Below are positions 38,615-51,824 of a stretch of DNA of 64,000 nucleotides, piece after piece; the first letter of the stretch is position 1; every line of letters starts with the position of its first letter. The notes beneath the pieces were generated by a model that was not told the origin of the DNA, made no database searches, and was given only the letters and a program-made list of their open reading frames with translations. The position numbers were made by a program, and so were the translations under genes. Source of the DNA: Scyliorhinus canicula (taxonomy: Eukaryota); the NCBI RefSeq assembly GCF_902713615.1, contig NW_024055751.1, positions 62,001 through 126,000 on the forward strand, in the 5' to 3' direction.

Positions 38615-39930
38615 AATGCTGGAACATCTCAGCACGTCTGGCAGTATCTGTCGGGAGAGAAAAGATCTCATGTTGAGTCCAGATGGTCCTTTGTTAGCTC
38701 TTTTCTCTCCCTACAGATGCTGCCAGACCTGCAGAGATGTTCCAGCATTTTCTCTTTGGCTTCAGATTCCAGCATCCGCAGTAATTTGCTTTTATTCATA
38801 AACAGTAATATTGATCCCAAAACTATGCTTCTGGTGGCACAATTATTAGCACTGCTGCCTCACGGCGCCAGGGACCTGGGTTCAATTCTGGCCTTGGTGA
38901 CTGTGTGTGTGGAGTTTGCACTTTCTCCCCATGTCTTCGTGGGTTTCCACCCGGTGCTCAGGTTTCCTCTAACAGTCCAAAGAAGGGAAAGTTATGTGGA
39001 TTGGCCTTGATAAATTGCCCCTTAGTGTCCAGGGATATGCAGGTGAGGTGGGGCTATGGGGTTACAGGGACAGGGTAGGGGTTGGGCCTAGACAGTGTGC
39101 CCTTGCAGAGAATCACTGCAGACTTGATGGGCTGAATGGCCTCCTTCTGCACTGTAGGAATTCTGAGGCTCCAATTCTATTCTATGAATCTTTCTAAAGC
39201 TCTGGTCACCACTCTTCAGTAAGAATGTGAAGGCTCTTGGAGAAGGTGCAGAGGAGATTTACCAGAATGGATCCAGCAAAGGAGGTTGAGGGAAGATTTG
39301 ATTCAGGGACACAAGATAATGGCAGATTTCCATCGGGTGGACAAAGAAACTCTGTTTCCATTCACTGATCGTACAAGCAGCCGGGACACAGATTTAAAGT
39401 TTCGGGTAAAACTTGGATTGAACGATATAAGATGCTGAGGGGTCTTGACAGGGTGGATGTGGAGAGGATGTTTCCTCTTGTGGGAGAATCTGGAACAAGG
39501 CGTCACTGTTGCAAAATAAGGGGTCATCCATTTCAGATGGTGATGAAGATATTTTTCTCTCTTGAGGGTTGTAAGACAGGAGGTGGCACAGTGGTTAGCA
39601 CTGCTGCCTCACAGCACCAAGGATCCAGGTTCAATTCCGGCCCTGGGTGACTGTGTGGAGTTTGCACGTTCTCCCTGTGTCTGTGTTTCCTCTGGGTGCT
39701 CCGGATTCATCACAGAGGTCAAAGATGTGCAGGTTAGGTGGATTGGCCAGATTAGGTGGATTGGCCTTTCTAAATTGCCCGTTCGTCTCCAAGGACGTGG
39801 GTGTTGGGTGGGGTTATGAGGATGGAGTGGGAATGGATGGGGTGGGCCTGGGTGGGGTGCTCTTTCAGAGGGTTGGTGCAGACCTGATGGGCCGAATGGG
39901 CTCCTTCTGCACTGTCGGGATTCTATGACT
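38615..39930 (+). mobile_element. Penelope terminal relic (38615-38810), V-SINEs (38830-39170, 39580-39930) and CR1 tail fragments
   Basis: Diagnostic motifs as in other copies. Confidence 0.75.
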
Positions 39931-39944
39931 TTGGAACTTCCGTC

Positions 39945-40507
39945 CTTAGGTGTTTTAGTAAGCTCAGAGAAGGGGGCAAAAGAGGGGGAGGTGTGGCGCT
40001 GCTAGTCAAGGACAGTATTACGGTGGTGGAAAGGATGCTAGATGGGGACTCTTCTTCTGAGGTAGTATGGGCTGAGGTTAGAAACAGGAAAGGAGAGGTC
40101 ACCCTGTTGGGAGTTTTCTATAGGCCACCTAATAGTTCTAGGGATGTAGAGGAAAGGATGGCGAAGATGATTCTGGAAAAGAGCGAAAGTAACAGGGTAG
40201 TTGTTATGGGAGACTTTAACTTTCCAAATATTGACTGGAAAAGATATAGTTCGAGTACATTAGATGGGTCGTTCTTTGTACAATGTGTGCAGGAGGGTTT
40301 CCTGACACAATATGTTGACAGGCCAACAAGAGGCGAGGCCACATTGGATTTGGTTTTGGGTAATGAACCAGGCCAGGTGTTAGATCTGGAGGTAGGTGAG
40401 CACTTTGGAAACAGTGACCACAATTCGGTGACCTTTACGTTAGTGATGGAAAGGGATAAGTATACCCCGCAGGGCAAGAGTTATAGCTGGGGGAAGGGCA
40501 ATTATGA
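39945..40507 (+). mobile_element. CR1 endonuclease fragment, near-identical to 25051-25630
   Basis: ORF 39993-40529 matches ORF 25051-25584 almost residue for residue. Confidence 0.9.
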
Positions 40508-40693
40508 TGGTGAAGGATCAGTGCTCTGAAAGCTAGTGATTTGAAACAAATCTGTTGGACTTTAACCTGGTGTTGTAAGACTTCTTACTGTGCTCACCCC
40601 AGTCCAACGCCGGCATCTGCACATATTACTGCAAAACAGTTGACTTTTTCACTCTTAACCTCTCAGTGTAGACATTAAGAATGTGTCAGAGCA

Positions 40694-40922
40694 GGGGCAG
40701 CACGGTGGCCTAGTGGTTGGCACAACTGCCTCACAGCGCTGAGGGCCCAGGTTCGATCCCGGCTCTGGGTCACTGTCCGTGTGGAGTTTGCACATTCTCC
40801 CCGTGTCTGCGTGGGTTTCGCCCCCACAACCCAAAAATGTGCAGAGTAGGTAGATTGGCCACGCTAAATTGCCCCTTAATTAGAAAAAATAATTGGGTAA
40901 TCTAAATTTAAAAAAAAAAAAA
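40694..40922 (+). mobile_element. A-tailed V-SINE with 15-bp TSD
   Basis: AAGAATG(T/C)GTCAGAG on both sides. Confidence 0.85.
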
Positions 40923-41289
40923 GAATGCGTCAGAGAAAGACTAGATTTCAGCTCGGTGACACGAGGCCAGACTAAAGTTTACTTCATTGGATTGTTGAGC
41001 TAATGACTCCATATTATAAGATGGATCAAAAAGACTGGAGAAGAAGCAGGAAAGTGTACCAGAATGATGCCTGAATGGCCAGGTTACACCCAGCAAGAAA
41101 TGCTGAGGCTCGATGAGCCATATCGTCTCCACCCACTTCCATTACTTGTGTTACTATGAACATCACTGTAAATCTTTCCATGCAGACACAACAGATGCAA
41201 CAACCAACTTTTCATCTCCTTCATTCCCATATTCTTGGATTCCAAACACACTTTCCAGGTGCTACTCAGTATTGTGCTCACAATTTGGT

Positions 41290-41680
41290 CTCCCCTACAC
41301 TGAGGAGATTAAATCTGGATTGGGTCACTGTGGAACATCACCATTCAGTTATCAAGTGTGATCCGGAGCTTCTGATTATTTAGGTTTAAATTCCTTGCCC
41401 AACTTCCACTCTGTCCTCGGCCTCCTGCACCATTCCAATAAAGCTCAAAGGAAACCCAAGGAACTGATCAGGCAATTTGGGACCTTCCAGACACAACATT
41501 CAGTTCAATAATTTCAGATTACAATCTTCACTCCTATATTTTTAGACAGTAGGTAATGGTTCTGCCATTTATACCTCCCCTGGACCTGTCTTTTATTTAT
41601 TCTCCTGTCCTATTAGTTTACCTACTTGTCTCATTGTCACCCAGTTTTGCTTTGAACTATTATCCTCTTTGTCATTTAAA
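41290..41680 (+). mobile_element. Penelope GIY-YIG relic
   Basis: CTCACAATTTGGTCTCCCCTACACTGAGGAGATTAAA...CTCGGCCTCCTGCA is homologous to 2500-2700. Confidence 0.6.
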
Positions 41681-41849
41681 AAAAGCATTAAAATGCAAGG
41701 GCAGCACTGTGGCCTAGTGGTTAATAAAGTGCCCAATTCTTTATTTTCCAATTAAGGGACAATTTAGCGTGGCCAATCCACCTACTCTGTACACCTTTGG
41801 ATTATGGGTGAAGACCCACGCAACAGTGACGTGGCTGCAAGGAGATCAG

Positions 41850-44280
41850 GGCTAGGATCAAAATATACAAGGATATGTGTCCAATCGAAAGAAAAGGCAG
41901 ATGGGCAAAGGGGGCGGGTTGCATTGATAGTAAGGAATTAAGTAAATTGACCGCAAGGAGAGATATAGGATCTGAAGGCAGAGAATCTCTGTGGGTAGAG
42001 TTGAGGAATCGCAAAGGTTAAAAGACCCTGGTGGGAGTTATGTACAGGCTTCCGAGCAGCAGTCAGGATGTGGGACAGAAAACAAATCAGGAGATAGAGA
42101 AAGCATGTAAAAAAGGCAAGATCACAAAATTCATGGGGGACCTCAATCTGCAGGTGGGCTGGGAAAATCAGGTTGGTAGTGGATCCCAGGAAAAGTAATT
42201 TGTGGAATGTCTAAGAGATGTTTACTTGGAGTAGCTTTTAACAGAGCCTACTAGGGAACGGTGTAATGTGTGATGTGTAATGAGGCAGACTTGATTGAGG
42301 CACGATGGAAATTCATCCCAAGGAGGAACAAAGAATAAAGAAAAGTACAGCACAGGAACAGGCCCTTCGGCCCTCCAAGCCTGCGCCGACCATGCTGCCT
42401 GTCTAAACTAAAATCTTCCACACTTCCTGGGTCCGTATCCCTCTATTCCCATCCTATTCATATATTTGTCAAGATGCACCTCAAACATCACTATCGTCCC
42501 TGTTTCCACCACCTCCTCCGGCAGCAAGTTCCAGGCACCCACTACACTCTGTGTGAAAAACTTACCTCGTATATCTCCTCTAAACCTTGTCCCTTGCACC
42601 TTAAATCTGTGCCCCCTAATGATTGAAAACATGCTAAAGGGAGGACAAGGCATCCATGGTTGACGAGGGAAGTCAAGGACAGCATAAAAGTAAAAGCATA
42701 CAAAGTGGCGAGGATTAGTGGGAAGCCAGAGGATTGGGAATCCTTTAAAAGTGAGCAGAGGACAAATAAAAAAGCAGTAAGGGGAGAGAAGATGAAATAT
42801 GAATGCAAGCTACCTAGTAATATAAAAGAAGATAGGAAGAGATGTTTCAATATATAAATATATATATATATATCTTTCAATATTTAAAAGGTAAGACAGG
42901 CAAAAATAGACATTGGACCACTGGGAAATGTGGCAGGAAAAGTAATAATAGGACACAAAGAAATGGCAGAGGAACTGAATACTGTACTTACTTTGCATCA
43001 GCCTTCACGGTGGAATACCCCAGTGGAATGCCAGAACTCCGGGAGAATCAGGGGGCAGAGGTGAGTACAGTGGCCATCACTAAGGAGAAGGTTCTGGGTA
43101 AACTGAAATGTCTGAAGGTGGATAAATCACCCGGACCGGATGGACTACACCCCAGGGTTCTGAAAGAGATAGCTCAAGAGATTGTGGAGGCATTGGTGGT
43201 GATCTTTCAGGAATCACTGGAGGCAGGAAGGGTCCCAGAGGACTGGAAAGTGGCTAATGTAACACCGCTGTTTAAGAAGGGAAATTATAGGCTGGTTAGC
43301 CTGATTCGGTAATTGGTAATATTTTAGAGTCCATTATTAAAGATGAGATCGCAGCATACTTGAAAGTGCATAAAAAAGTAGGACTCAGTCAACACGGCTT
43401 TGTCAAAGGAAGGTCATGTCTGACAAATCTGTTAAGAGTTCTTTGAGGGGGTAACAAGGAAGTTAGATTTCCAAAATGCCGTTGACAAGATGTCGCACAG
43501 GAGACTGTTAAATAAGTTAAGAGCCCATGGTGTTAAGGGTAAGATCCTGACATGGACAGAGGATTGGCTGACTGGCAGAAGACAATGAGTGGGCATAAAG
43601 AGGTATTTTTCAGGATGGCAGCCAGTGACTGGTGTTGTGCCTCAGGGGTCTGTGCTGGGACCACAATTGTTTTACAATATACATTAATGAAATGGAAGAA
43701 GGAACTGAAGGCACTGTTGCTAAGTTTACAGATGATACAAAGATCTGTAGTGGGACAGATAGTATTGAGGAAGCGGGGGGGGGGGGGGGGGCACAGAAAG
43801 ACTTAGACAGGCTAGGAGAGTGGGCAATGAAGTGGCAGATGAAATACAATGTGGAAAAGCGTGAGGTTATGCACTTTGGAAGGAGGAATGGAGGCATAGA
43901 CTATTTTCTAAATGTGGAAATGCTTAGGAAATCAGAAGCGCAAATGGACTTGGGAGTCCTTATTCACGATTCTCTTAAGGTTAACGTGCAGGTTCAGTCA
44001 GCAGTTAGGAAGGCACATGCAATGGTAGCATTCATGTCGAGAGGGCTAGAATACAAGACCAGGGATGTACTTCTGAAGCTGTATAATGCTCTGGTCAGAC
44101 CCTATATGGAGTGTTGTGAGCAGTTTTGGGCTCCGTATCTAAGGAAGGATGTGCTGGCCTTGGAAAGGGTCCAGAGGAGTTTCCCAAGAATGATCCCTGG
44201 AGTGAAGAGCTTGTCGTATGAGGAACGGTTGATGATTCTGGGTCTATACTCATTGGAGTTTAGAAGGATGAGAGGGGGAG
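41850..44280 (+). mobile_element. CR1-type LINE ORF2 relic with nested antisense CR1 3' end (about 42320-42630)
   Basis: ORFs 42842-43312 (KSPGPDGLHPRVLKE) and 43632-44294 (KFTDDTK..WQMKYNVEK). Confidence 0.9.
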
Positions 44281-45879
44281 TCTTATTTTTTTAAAATATA
44301 TTTAGAGTGCCCAATTCATTTTTTCAAAATCAGGGGCAATTCAGCATGGCCAATCCACCTGCCCTGCACATCTTTGGGTGTAACACAGGCTTGTTTCTGC
44401 TCGCCATTCGATCATGGCAGATATTTTTTCCATCCCCATTCTCCTGCCTTCTCCCTATACCCCCGATCCCCTCATTAATCAAAAACCTATCTATCTCTAT
44501 CTTAAAGACATGTCTAACAGTAAGAGAAAAGCAATTTACTGCGGATACTTCAATCTGAAACAAAAACAGAAAACACAGGACAGTCTCAGCAGGTCAGACA
44601 GCCTCTGTGGAGCGAGATGGCAGCTGCCGTTTCCAGTCAAGTGGGTCTTTGTCAAAGCTGGAGAACTGGAAATACGGTCAGATTTATACTGAAGAGAAAG
44701 GGAAAATGCTGGGAAATCTCAGCATGTCTGGCAGCATCTGTAGGAAGTCCAATCTATCTTTGTCAATGTCAAAGAGTCATTGGACACTAAACGTTCGCTC
44801 TTTTCTATCCCTGCAGTGCAGAAGGAGGCCATTTGGCCCATCGAGTCTGCACCGATCCACTTTAGCCCTCACATCCACCCTATCCCCGTAACCCAATAAC
44901 CCCTAACCTTTTTGGTCACTTAGGGCAATTTATCATGGCCAATCCACCTAACCTGCACATCTTTGGACTGTGGGAGGAAACCTGAACACCTGGAGGAAAT
45001 CCACGCAGACACGGGGAGGACGTGCAGATTCTGCAGTGACCCAGTGGAACCTGGGACCCTGTCGCTGTGAAGCCACAGTGCTAATCACTTGTGCCACTGT
45101 GCTGCCCATGTCTGCCTACAGATGCTGTCAGAGCTCTTGAGATTTTCCAGCATTTTCTCTTTCATTTCAGATTCCAGCATCCGCAGTAATTCGCTTTTAT
45201 TCAGATTTATACTGTTGGAGTGGAGAGAGGAGGTTGAGGGGGGAGGAGGAGGGGGGGGGGGGTTGCTGTGGAGTGGAACATTTGGGCTGGATAGAGGCCC
45301 GGCGATAGGTGAATATTGACAAAGATGTTTTAGATGGAAAGACAAAGGGAATGCAAATGATGGTGATCAAGGCTAAAAGGGCTGCTAATAGTGGCACATT
45401 CAGATATTTGAATGTGTTAATGGCAGAACAAATGTAAGCAGTGAGTCAAAGGACAGTAGGAACAGGGAGCAGATTGCTCAGGAGCTGTGGGTGGGGGGGA
45501 TGGGCAATGTTGAGGGAAAACACATCAGTGGAAGGTGGTGAACAGACTGTTAAATCCGCAAGGTTGTACCGCGCCTATTCGGAGGATGGGGTGCTGTTCC
45601 TCGGCGTTGGGAACATTGCAGCAGGCCAAGATCGGCCATGTGGACATGAGAGCAGGACAGTGAGTTGAAATAGCAAGCGACAGGAGAGTCTGCCACCCTT
45701 GTCGATGGAGCGAAGGTGTTTTGCAAAGCGGTCACCCAGTCGGCATTTAGTCTCTGCAATGCAGAGTAGATGGCATTGGGATCAGCAAATGCAACAGGCC
45801 AGAATGAAGGATGTCTTATAGTAATGTGTACTCAAAAGGACAGACTGTAACTGACTTAAAGGAAATGCCAGAGACTTAA

Positions 45880-47260
45880 CTGAACCAACTTTTGGAAACA
45901 CAAAGAGGTCAAATATAATTAACATATCATTCTTAAATCTCTGACCTGTGAAGATATTTGATTGTGTTTAAAAGCTGACTGTGGTCAATCTCACAATGAA
46001 CACAAGGGAATTCATATTACCCAGTGACTCGATTTATTCTCTTTGTCAGTCATGTTTGTAATTCACTGTTGTATATTTCAGAATCTAGATTTCAAATCAG
46101 GACATAAATATCGAATGATATTAAGTTTGGAGTAATGAAACGTTTTGAAATGAATTTAGAGTACCCAATTAAGGGGCAATTTACGTGGCCAATCTACCTG
46201 CCCTGAACATGTTTGGGTTGTGGGGGTGAAACCCACACAAACACGGGGAGAATGTGCAAACTCCACACGGACAGTGACCCAGAGCCCGGATCGAACCTGG
46301 GACCTCGGTGCAGTGAGGCTGCAGTGCTAAGGGCAGCATGGTAGCATAGTGGTTAGCACAAATGCTTCACAGCTCCAGGGTCCCAGGTTCGAATCCCGGC
46401 TTGGGTCACTGTCTGTGTGGAGTCTGCACGTTCTCCCCGTGTGTGCGTGGGTTTCCTCCGGGTGCTCCGGTTTCCTCCCACAGTCCAAAGATGTGCAGGT
46501 TAGGTGAATTGGCCATGCTAAATTGCCCTCAGGGTCCAAATTGCCCTTAGTGTTAGGTGGGGTTACTGGGTTATGGGGATAGGGTGGAGGTATGGGCTTG
46601 GGTAGGGTGCTCTTTCCAAGAGCTGGTGCAGACTCGATGGGCCGAATGGCTTCCTTCTGCACTGTAAATTCTATGAAATTAACCACTACGCCACATGCTG
46701 CCCTGATTAATGGAGCAGTACACGATTGAACAGAAAGTATTGCTGAACAAATGCTTTTACATTTTGAATTGCAGACTAAGTTCTGAATCTTAAATTGAGA
46801 CATTTGCTGGGGTTTGATCCTGGCTCTGGGTCACTGTCCGTGTGGAGTTTGCATATTCTCCCTGTGTCTGCGTGGGTGTCGCCCCCACTACCCAAAGATG
46901 TGCAGGTTAGGTGGAGTGGCCACGCTAATTTGGTCCCTTAATTGGAAAAAAAGTAATTCGGTATTCCTAAATTTATTTTTATGAAGTGAGACATCTGTCT
47001 TATTTAGTGTGAGGAATGTTTGCACAAACTAATTTTGAAACTGAATATTACCGGAATGTTCAGGACGCAATGAGAAGGAAAAAGATGTTCCCATTTTGAC
47101 ACAGTTCACATATTAGCAGTTTGTTCATGCACAACAGAATTTAATGGGTTTACAGATGCAGATGAAAAAATTTAATCACCATTTCAAACATGTCTAAATG
47201 TACAATAAAAGCAACTTACTGTGGATGCTGAAATCTGAATCAGAAACACAAATACTGGAC
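45880..47260. repeat. Inverted copy of the Val amplicon flank and spacer, broken by SINEs (46150-46680, 46808-46985)
   Basis: Reverse complement matches 5590-5830 and 52660-52930; no tRNA-Val body recognised at the expected position. Confidence 0.65.
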
Positions 47261-47990
47261 CCTCTCAGCAGGTCTGGCAGCCTCTGTGGAGAGAGATGGC
47301 AGCTGCCGTTCCGAGTCTGGGTGACTCTGTCAAAGCTGGAGAACTGGAAATAGGGTCAGATTTATACTGTGGGGAGGGGGAGGGGAACATTGGGGCTGGA
47401 TAGGGGGCCAGCGATAGGGGGAGGGTGACTAAGGTGCCTTGGAAGGAAAGACAAAGGGAATGCAAAAGGCGGCGATCAAGGCTAAGAAAGGTGCTGACAG
47501 TAACGCATTAAGAGATGAGAATGTGTTAATGGCAGAACAAAGGTAAACAGGGAGCCAAAGATCAGTAGGAACAGGGAGCAGATTGCTCAGGTGGGGGGAG
47601 GGGGAGGGGGGGACGACGACAATGGTGAGGGAAATGTCCCTTATTCGAAACATTATTGACCTCACTTGTCTAATTTGCAGATGAGTTGTATCCTTGCTAT
47701 TTGTTGTTCAATAGTTAAGCGAATGCATTACCTTACACCCGCAAAGTTTCAACTGATACCCTGCAAAATACTGTGTGATGGAGACTGGCAGGAATCGCAG
47801 TCAGAGTTCACACATGTTAATTCTGAATGGTTTTCTAATGTGCTGTGATATTTGATGATTCTAATGACGGATCGATTTCTCCGCCACTTGTCTAAGTTTT
47901 CAGTTGGATAGTACTCTGCCAATAGAAGGTTCTTCAGTGCAATGAGACACAGTTTACTATTCTCGGTCAGTGCGCTTAGCGATGTTCCCT

Positions 47991-48040
47991 GTTTCTGTAG
48001 TGTAGCGATTATCATGTTTGCTGAAAGGCCCTCGGTTTAA
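47991..48040 (+). pseudogene. tRNA-Val relic with anticodon arm deleted
   Basis: GTTTCTGTAGTGTAGCGATTATCATGTTTGC-TGAAAGGCCCTCGGTTTAA. Confidence 0.6.
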
Positions 48041-48255
48041 TGAAAAATGAATGAAAATCGGTTATTGTCACAAGTAGGCTTCAAATGAAGTTACTGTGAA
48101 AAGCCCCTAGTCGCCACATTCCGGCGCCTGTTCGGGGAGGCTGTTACGGGAATCGAACCGTGCTGCTGGCCTGCTTGGTCTGTATTCAAAGCCAGCGATT
48201 TAGCCCTGCCCTAAACACCCCTAAAATCATATCATCCAGGAGTGAAACAACAATT

Positions 48256-48288
48256 CGTCTCTGGGTGGGATCGAACCACCAACCTTTT

Positions 48289-48329
<41 letters not shown>
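48256..48329 (-). tRNA. tRNA-Asn(GTT), two stem mismatches
   Basis: Reverse complement GTCTCCGTGGCGCAATCGGTTAGCGCGTTCGGCTGTTAACCAAAAGGTTGGTGGTTCGATCCCACCCAGAGACG. Confidence 0.9.
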
Positions 48330-48637
48330 GACAACAAGATCACAACTCTGTGCATTTCAACAGTGACGGCCAATCCTCTGATTGCCAGGGACCGAATGAG
48401 AATGCTGGCAATATTGGTCCCCTGAGGCAGTGCGGAAAATATCTGGAAGGAGCGGACACATGGTCCCGCTGGCATAAAAAACGGTTTTTATGAAAGGTGA
48501 TGGTGAAAGACGAATTTTGTTGTCCTGTCGACAAATGCCGCCTGAGTCCCTGAGATGTTACAGTACTTTTGGCGTTCTCCGCAGATGTTAGATTGATTTC
48601 CGATGGCAATGACAGTATGCATTAGCTTTTTTCGCGG

Positions 48638-48714
48638 GGCTCGTAGGTCGAGGGGTAGGATTCTCGCTTTGGGTGTCTTCCTGTCGGAATTTGCAAGAGG
48701 TCCCGGGTTCAAAT
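48638..48714 (+). pseudogene. tRNA-Pro(TGG) with 18-nt intron (48674-48691), 3'-truncated
   Basis: GGCTCGTAGGTCGAGGGGTAGGATTCTCGCTTTGGG[TGTCTTCCTGTCGGAATT]TGCAAGAGGTCCCGGGTTCAAAT. Confidence 0.85.
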
Positions 48715-48809
48715 GAACATATTTAATCACCATCTCAAACATGTCTAAATGTATGACAATGCAATTTACTGCGGATGCTTCAAACGGAAATATAAACAGA
48801 AAACAGAAA

Positions 48810-48840
48810 AGCGAGAATCATACCCCCAGACCAACGAGGC
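48810..48840 (-). pseudogene. 5' half of tRNA-Pro in inverted orientation
   Basis: Reverse complement GCCTCGTTGGTCTGGGGGTATGATTCTCGCT; its upstream flank 48850-48995 mirrors 48483-48625. Confidence 0.8.
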
Positions 48841-49006
48841 CCACGAAATGAGCCGCAGCATACTGTCATTGCCATCGCAAATCAATCTAACATCTGCGGA
48901 GAACGCCAAAATACTGCAACAGCTCAGGTAGTGAGGCGGCATTTGTCGACAGGACAACAAAGTTCGTCTTTCACCATCACCTTTCATTAAAACCGGGACA
49001 GGTTAG

Positions 49007-49290
49007 AAATCAGAAGGGGGTTCAGTGCAGTCAGATTGCGAATATCCAGACCGGACGGTGTACCACATGCTATGGTATCAGCAAAAGCCGGCACAGCCGC
49101 CGAGATTGGTCATCATTAACATATTGACGATGAAGAAAGAGGAGATCTCAGGACGATATCTGGCGGCTGCCAACAAGTCTAAAAAGAATGGTTACCTCAA
49201 TATAAACGTGCTCAGTGTGGAGGATGGACCGGTCTATTCCTGTGCAATGAGCACAGTGTCACAAAGCAGCTACAACCACGTACGGAAGCC
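49007..49290 (+). pseudogene. TCR alpha/delta-like V pseudogene (5'-truncated) with 23-RSS
   Basis: EGGSVQSDCEY..MLWYQQKPAQPPRLVI..GRYLAAANKSKKNGYLNI..EDGPVYSCAMS; CACAGTG 49252-49258, 23-nt spacer, ACGGAAGCC 49282-49290; no leader found, stop just upstream. Confidence 0.85.
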
Positions 49291-49924
49291 TCAGAGAGTA
49301 TTTTCAATTCCAGTAAATCTGCGTTCCTGCCCTTGTACCGGAGGATGGTTTGATCTGGATTCAGAAAAATACTCAGGTCTATTTCTCCACAATTGCATTG
49401 CCGTCTCTGTCCTTGTATAGGTCAATAGAGGAGCCGTTTCGGATTCGTGAGATTAATCAGCATGTCGCGATGCACAGTAAATGTAAGCTTGGAATATCCA
49501 CTTCCGAGCAGCAGTAATGAAAGTTCTCAGATGTGGGGATAATAAAATCTTCCAGGACCGTTAACTTAGGTCGACCTTATGCTAATGAGTCTGAGCCCCT
49601 AGTAGTCTTCAGCGGAACATCGACTTTCCGATCGAAAATACATCAAATCTATGTTGACACTTCCTGCTTTCTGTTATGGAGGTTCCGAGATAAGGTGTTT
49701 CAACGAAAGTGTGGTGCTGTCCAAGCGGGTTCTGTAAAATCCACGGGCCTGTGATGATTCCACGTCTCACAAATGTCCATGCCCGCGGGACCATGTGTAC
49801 GCTCCTTCCAGATGTTTTCCGCACTGCCTCAGGGGACCAATATTACCAGCATTCTCATTCGGTCCCTGACAATCAGAGGATTGGCCGTCACTGTTGAAAT
49901 GCACAGAGTTCCGATCCTTTGGTC

Positions 49925-49981
<57 letters not shown>

Positions 49982-49998
49982 GATCCCACCCAGAGACG
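49925..49998 (+). tRNA. tRNA-Asn(GTT)
   Basis: GTCTCCGTGGCGCAATCGGTTAGCGCGTTCGGCTGTTAACCGAAAGGTTGGTGGTTCGATCCCACCCAGAGACG; one C-A mismatch in the acceptor stem. Confidence 0.92.
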
Positions 49999-50659
49999 AA
50001 TTGTTGTTCCACTCCTGGATGATATGTTTTTAGGGGTGTTTAGGGCAGGGCTAAATCGCTGGCTTTGAAAGCAGACCAAGCAGGCCAGCAGCACGGTTCG
50101 ATTCCCGTAACAGCCTCCCCGACCAGGCGCCGGAATGTGACGACTCGGGGATTTTCGCAGTAACTTCATTTGAAGCCGACTCGTGACAATTTTCCTGTTC
50201 TGATAACACGTACCGTGCACCGGCTGCGGCATGGAGTTGCCTCTATCGCTGTAATATCCTTCATGGCGCCGAGCTGGGGAATAGCTCAACGATGCTGTGT
50301 CTCCCCCGATAACTCAGGAGATTGTGACACCTCGTCACAGACCTGCTAACAGACGAATGTTGAGCAGGAGTTGGATATTCATCCCCTTGAGCCTTCTCCA
50401 ACATTCAATAAGTTTGTGACAGATGCGAACATGACCTCAGATTCACATTTCACCGACCCCGGATAACCTTTGATTACCTTTTCAGTTGAGAATCCAACCA
50501 CATCGGTCTTAAAATCTTCAATGGGCCTATCTCAGCGGTCTCTGGAGAAGAATCCCTCAGAAAAAAAGCCCAAAGATCTACATAACCGGGCCGGGTCGAG
50601 CAGTATCTCTGGCCATGATGTGGAGATGCCGGCGTTGGACTAGGGTGAGCACAGTAAGA

Positions 50660-50880
50660 AGGGGCAGCAGGGTAGTAGGGGCAGCAGGGTAGCATGGTGG
50701 TTAGCATGAATGCTTCACAGCTCCAGGGTCCCAGGTTCGATTCCCGGCTGGGTCACTGTCTGTGGAGTCTGCACGTCCTCCCCCTGTGTGCGTGGGTTTC
50801 CTCCGGGTGCTCCGGTTTCCTCCCACAGTCCAAAGATGTGCGGGTTAGGTGGATTGGCCATGCTAAATTGCCCGTAGTAA
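50660..50880 (+). mobile_element. V-SINE with tandemly duplicated head
   Basis: GGGGCAGCAGGGTAG occurs twice, followed by the V-domain. Confidence 0.85.
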
Positions 50881-51556
50881 TCGCTTCTCGCCTTTTTGCT
50901 AAGATGAGCGTGAGGTCAGGTGGAATGCGTGGATCTGGTATGTCTCTCTTCTGGGGGCCATGAATTGGATTCAATTTGAATTAGTTTTTGGAGCAGGCGG
51001 CCCTGACGTCAATTGTAATGAAGTGCTTTGAGAGGCTGATCATGAAGCGCATCACCTCCATACTCCCGGAACGCCTTGACCCAACTTATCATTCCTTCCA
51101 TTGATATGTTTTACCCTCAGCATTGCCCACCTCCCCCCAGCCCATACCATCCTACTTCAGCAATCTGATCCCTGTTTGTAATTGTTCTCTGACGCACTGC
51201 TTACCTTTGTTCTGCCATTAACACATTCTGACCGCTTGATGCGCCAGCAGCACCTTTCATAGCCTTGATTAGCCTCATTTACATTCCCTTTTTCTTTCTG
51301 CCCGAGACATTTTCGTCATTTCCCACCTATTATCCAGTATTTTCTGTTTTTGTTTCCGTTTGAAGCATCCTCTTCTTCACCTCTCATTGCCTGCCGAAAA
51401 TTGCTTGGGCCTTAATGTTCAATTCAGTGTAGTGGCTCATGTGAGACGAAATCTCATAGTCCTGGAACACACGAGATTCCGGCAACAATCAGGAAACAGA
51501 ATTATTTTGTGCCCAATAATTGTGCAAACTTTTCTCACGAAATGCAAAATGTTCGA

Positions 51557-51618
51557 TGTTTCCAACCGGGGACCTTTCGCGTGTGAAGTGAATGTGATAA
51601 CCACTACACTACAGAAAC
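51557..51618 (-). pseudogene. tRNA-Val(CAC) pseudogene with T-arm deletion
   Basis: Reverse complement GTTTCTGTAGTGTAGTGGTTATCACATTCACTTCACACGCGAAAGGTCCCCGGTT-GGAAACA. Confidence 0.85.
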
Positions 51619-51824
51619 CGCTGGCAATCGATGGACGTGCGGAATGTACAACCTCACTGTGTTGCTGCAGATTCTGATGGTCTGTCTGAGAGGCCAGGTC
51701 CCTTGTTGCAAGCGACAGCTGTTTCTTAAATTAACAGATGTCTCAACATATAACGCCGTGAGATGTAGAAATTATATCGAAATTAACATAAGTTATATTT
51801 TGCTGAATGTCGGTCTTAAATTTG

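Noticed and set aside
50260-50282. CA-TGGCGCCGAGCTGGGG resembling an LTR end plus tRNA-Lys primer-binding site
   Set aside because: Several mismatches to Lys PBS; no LTR or gag sequence recognisable.
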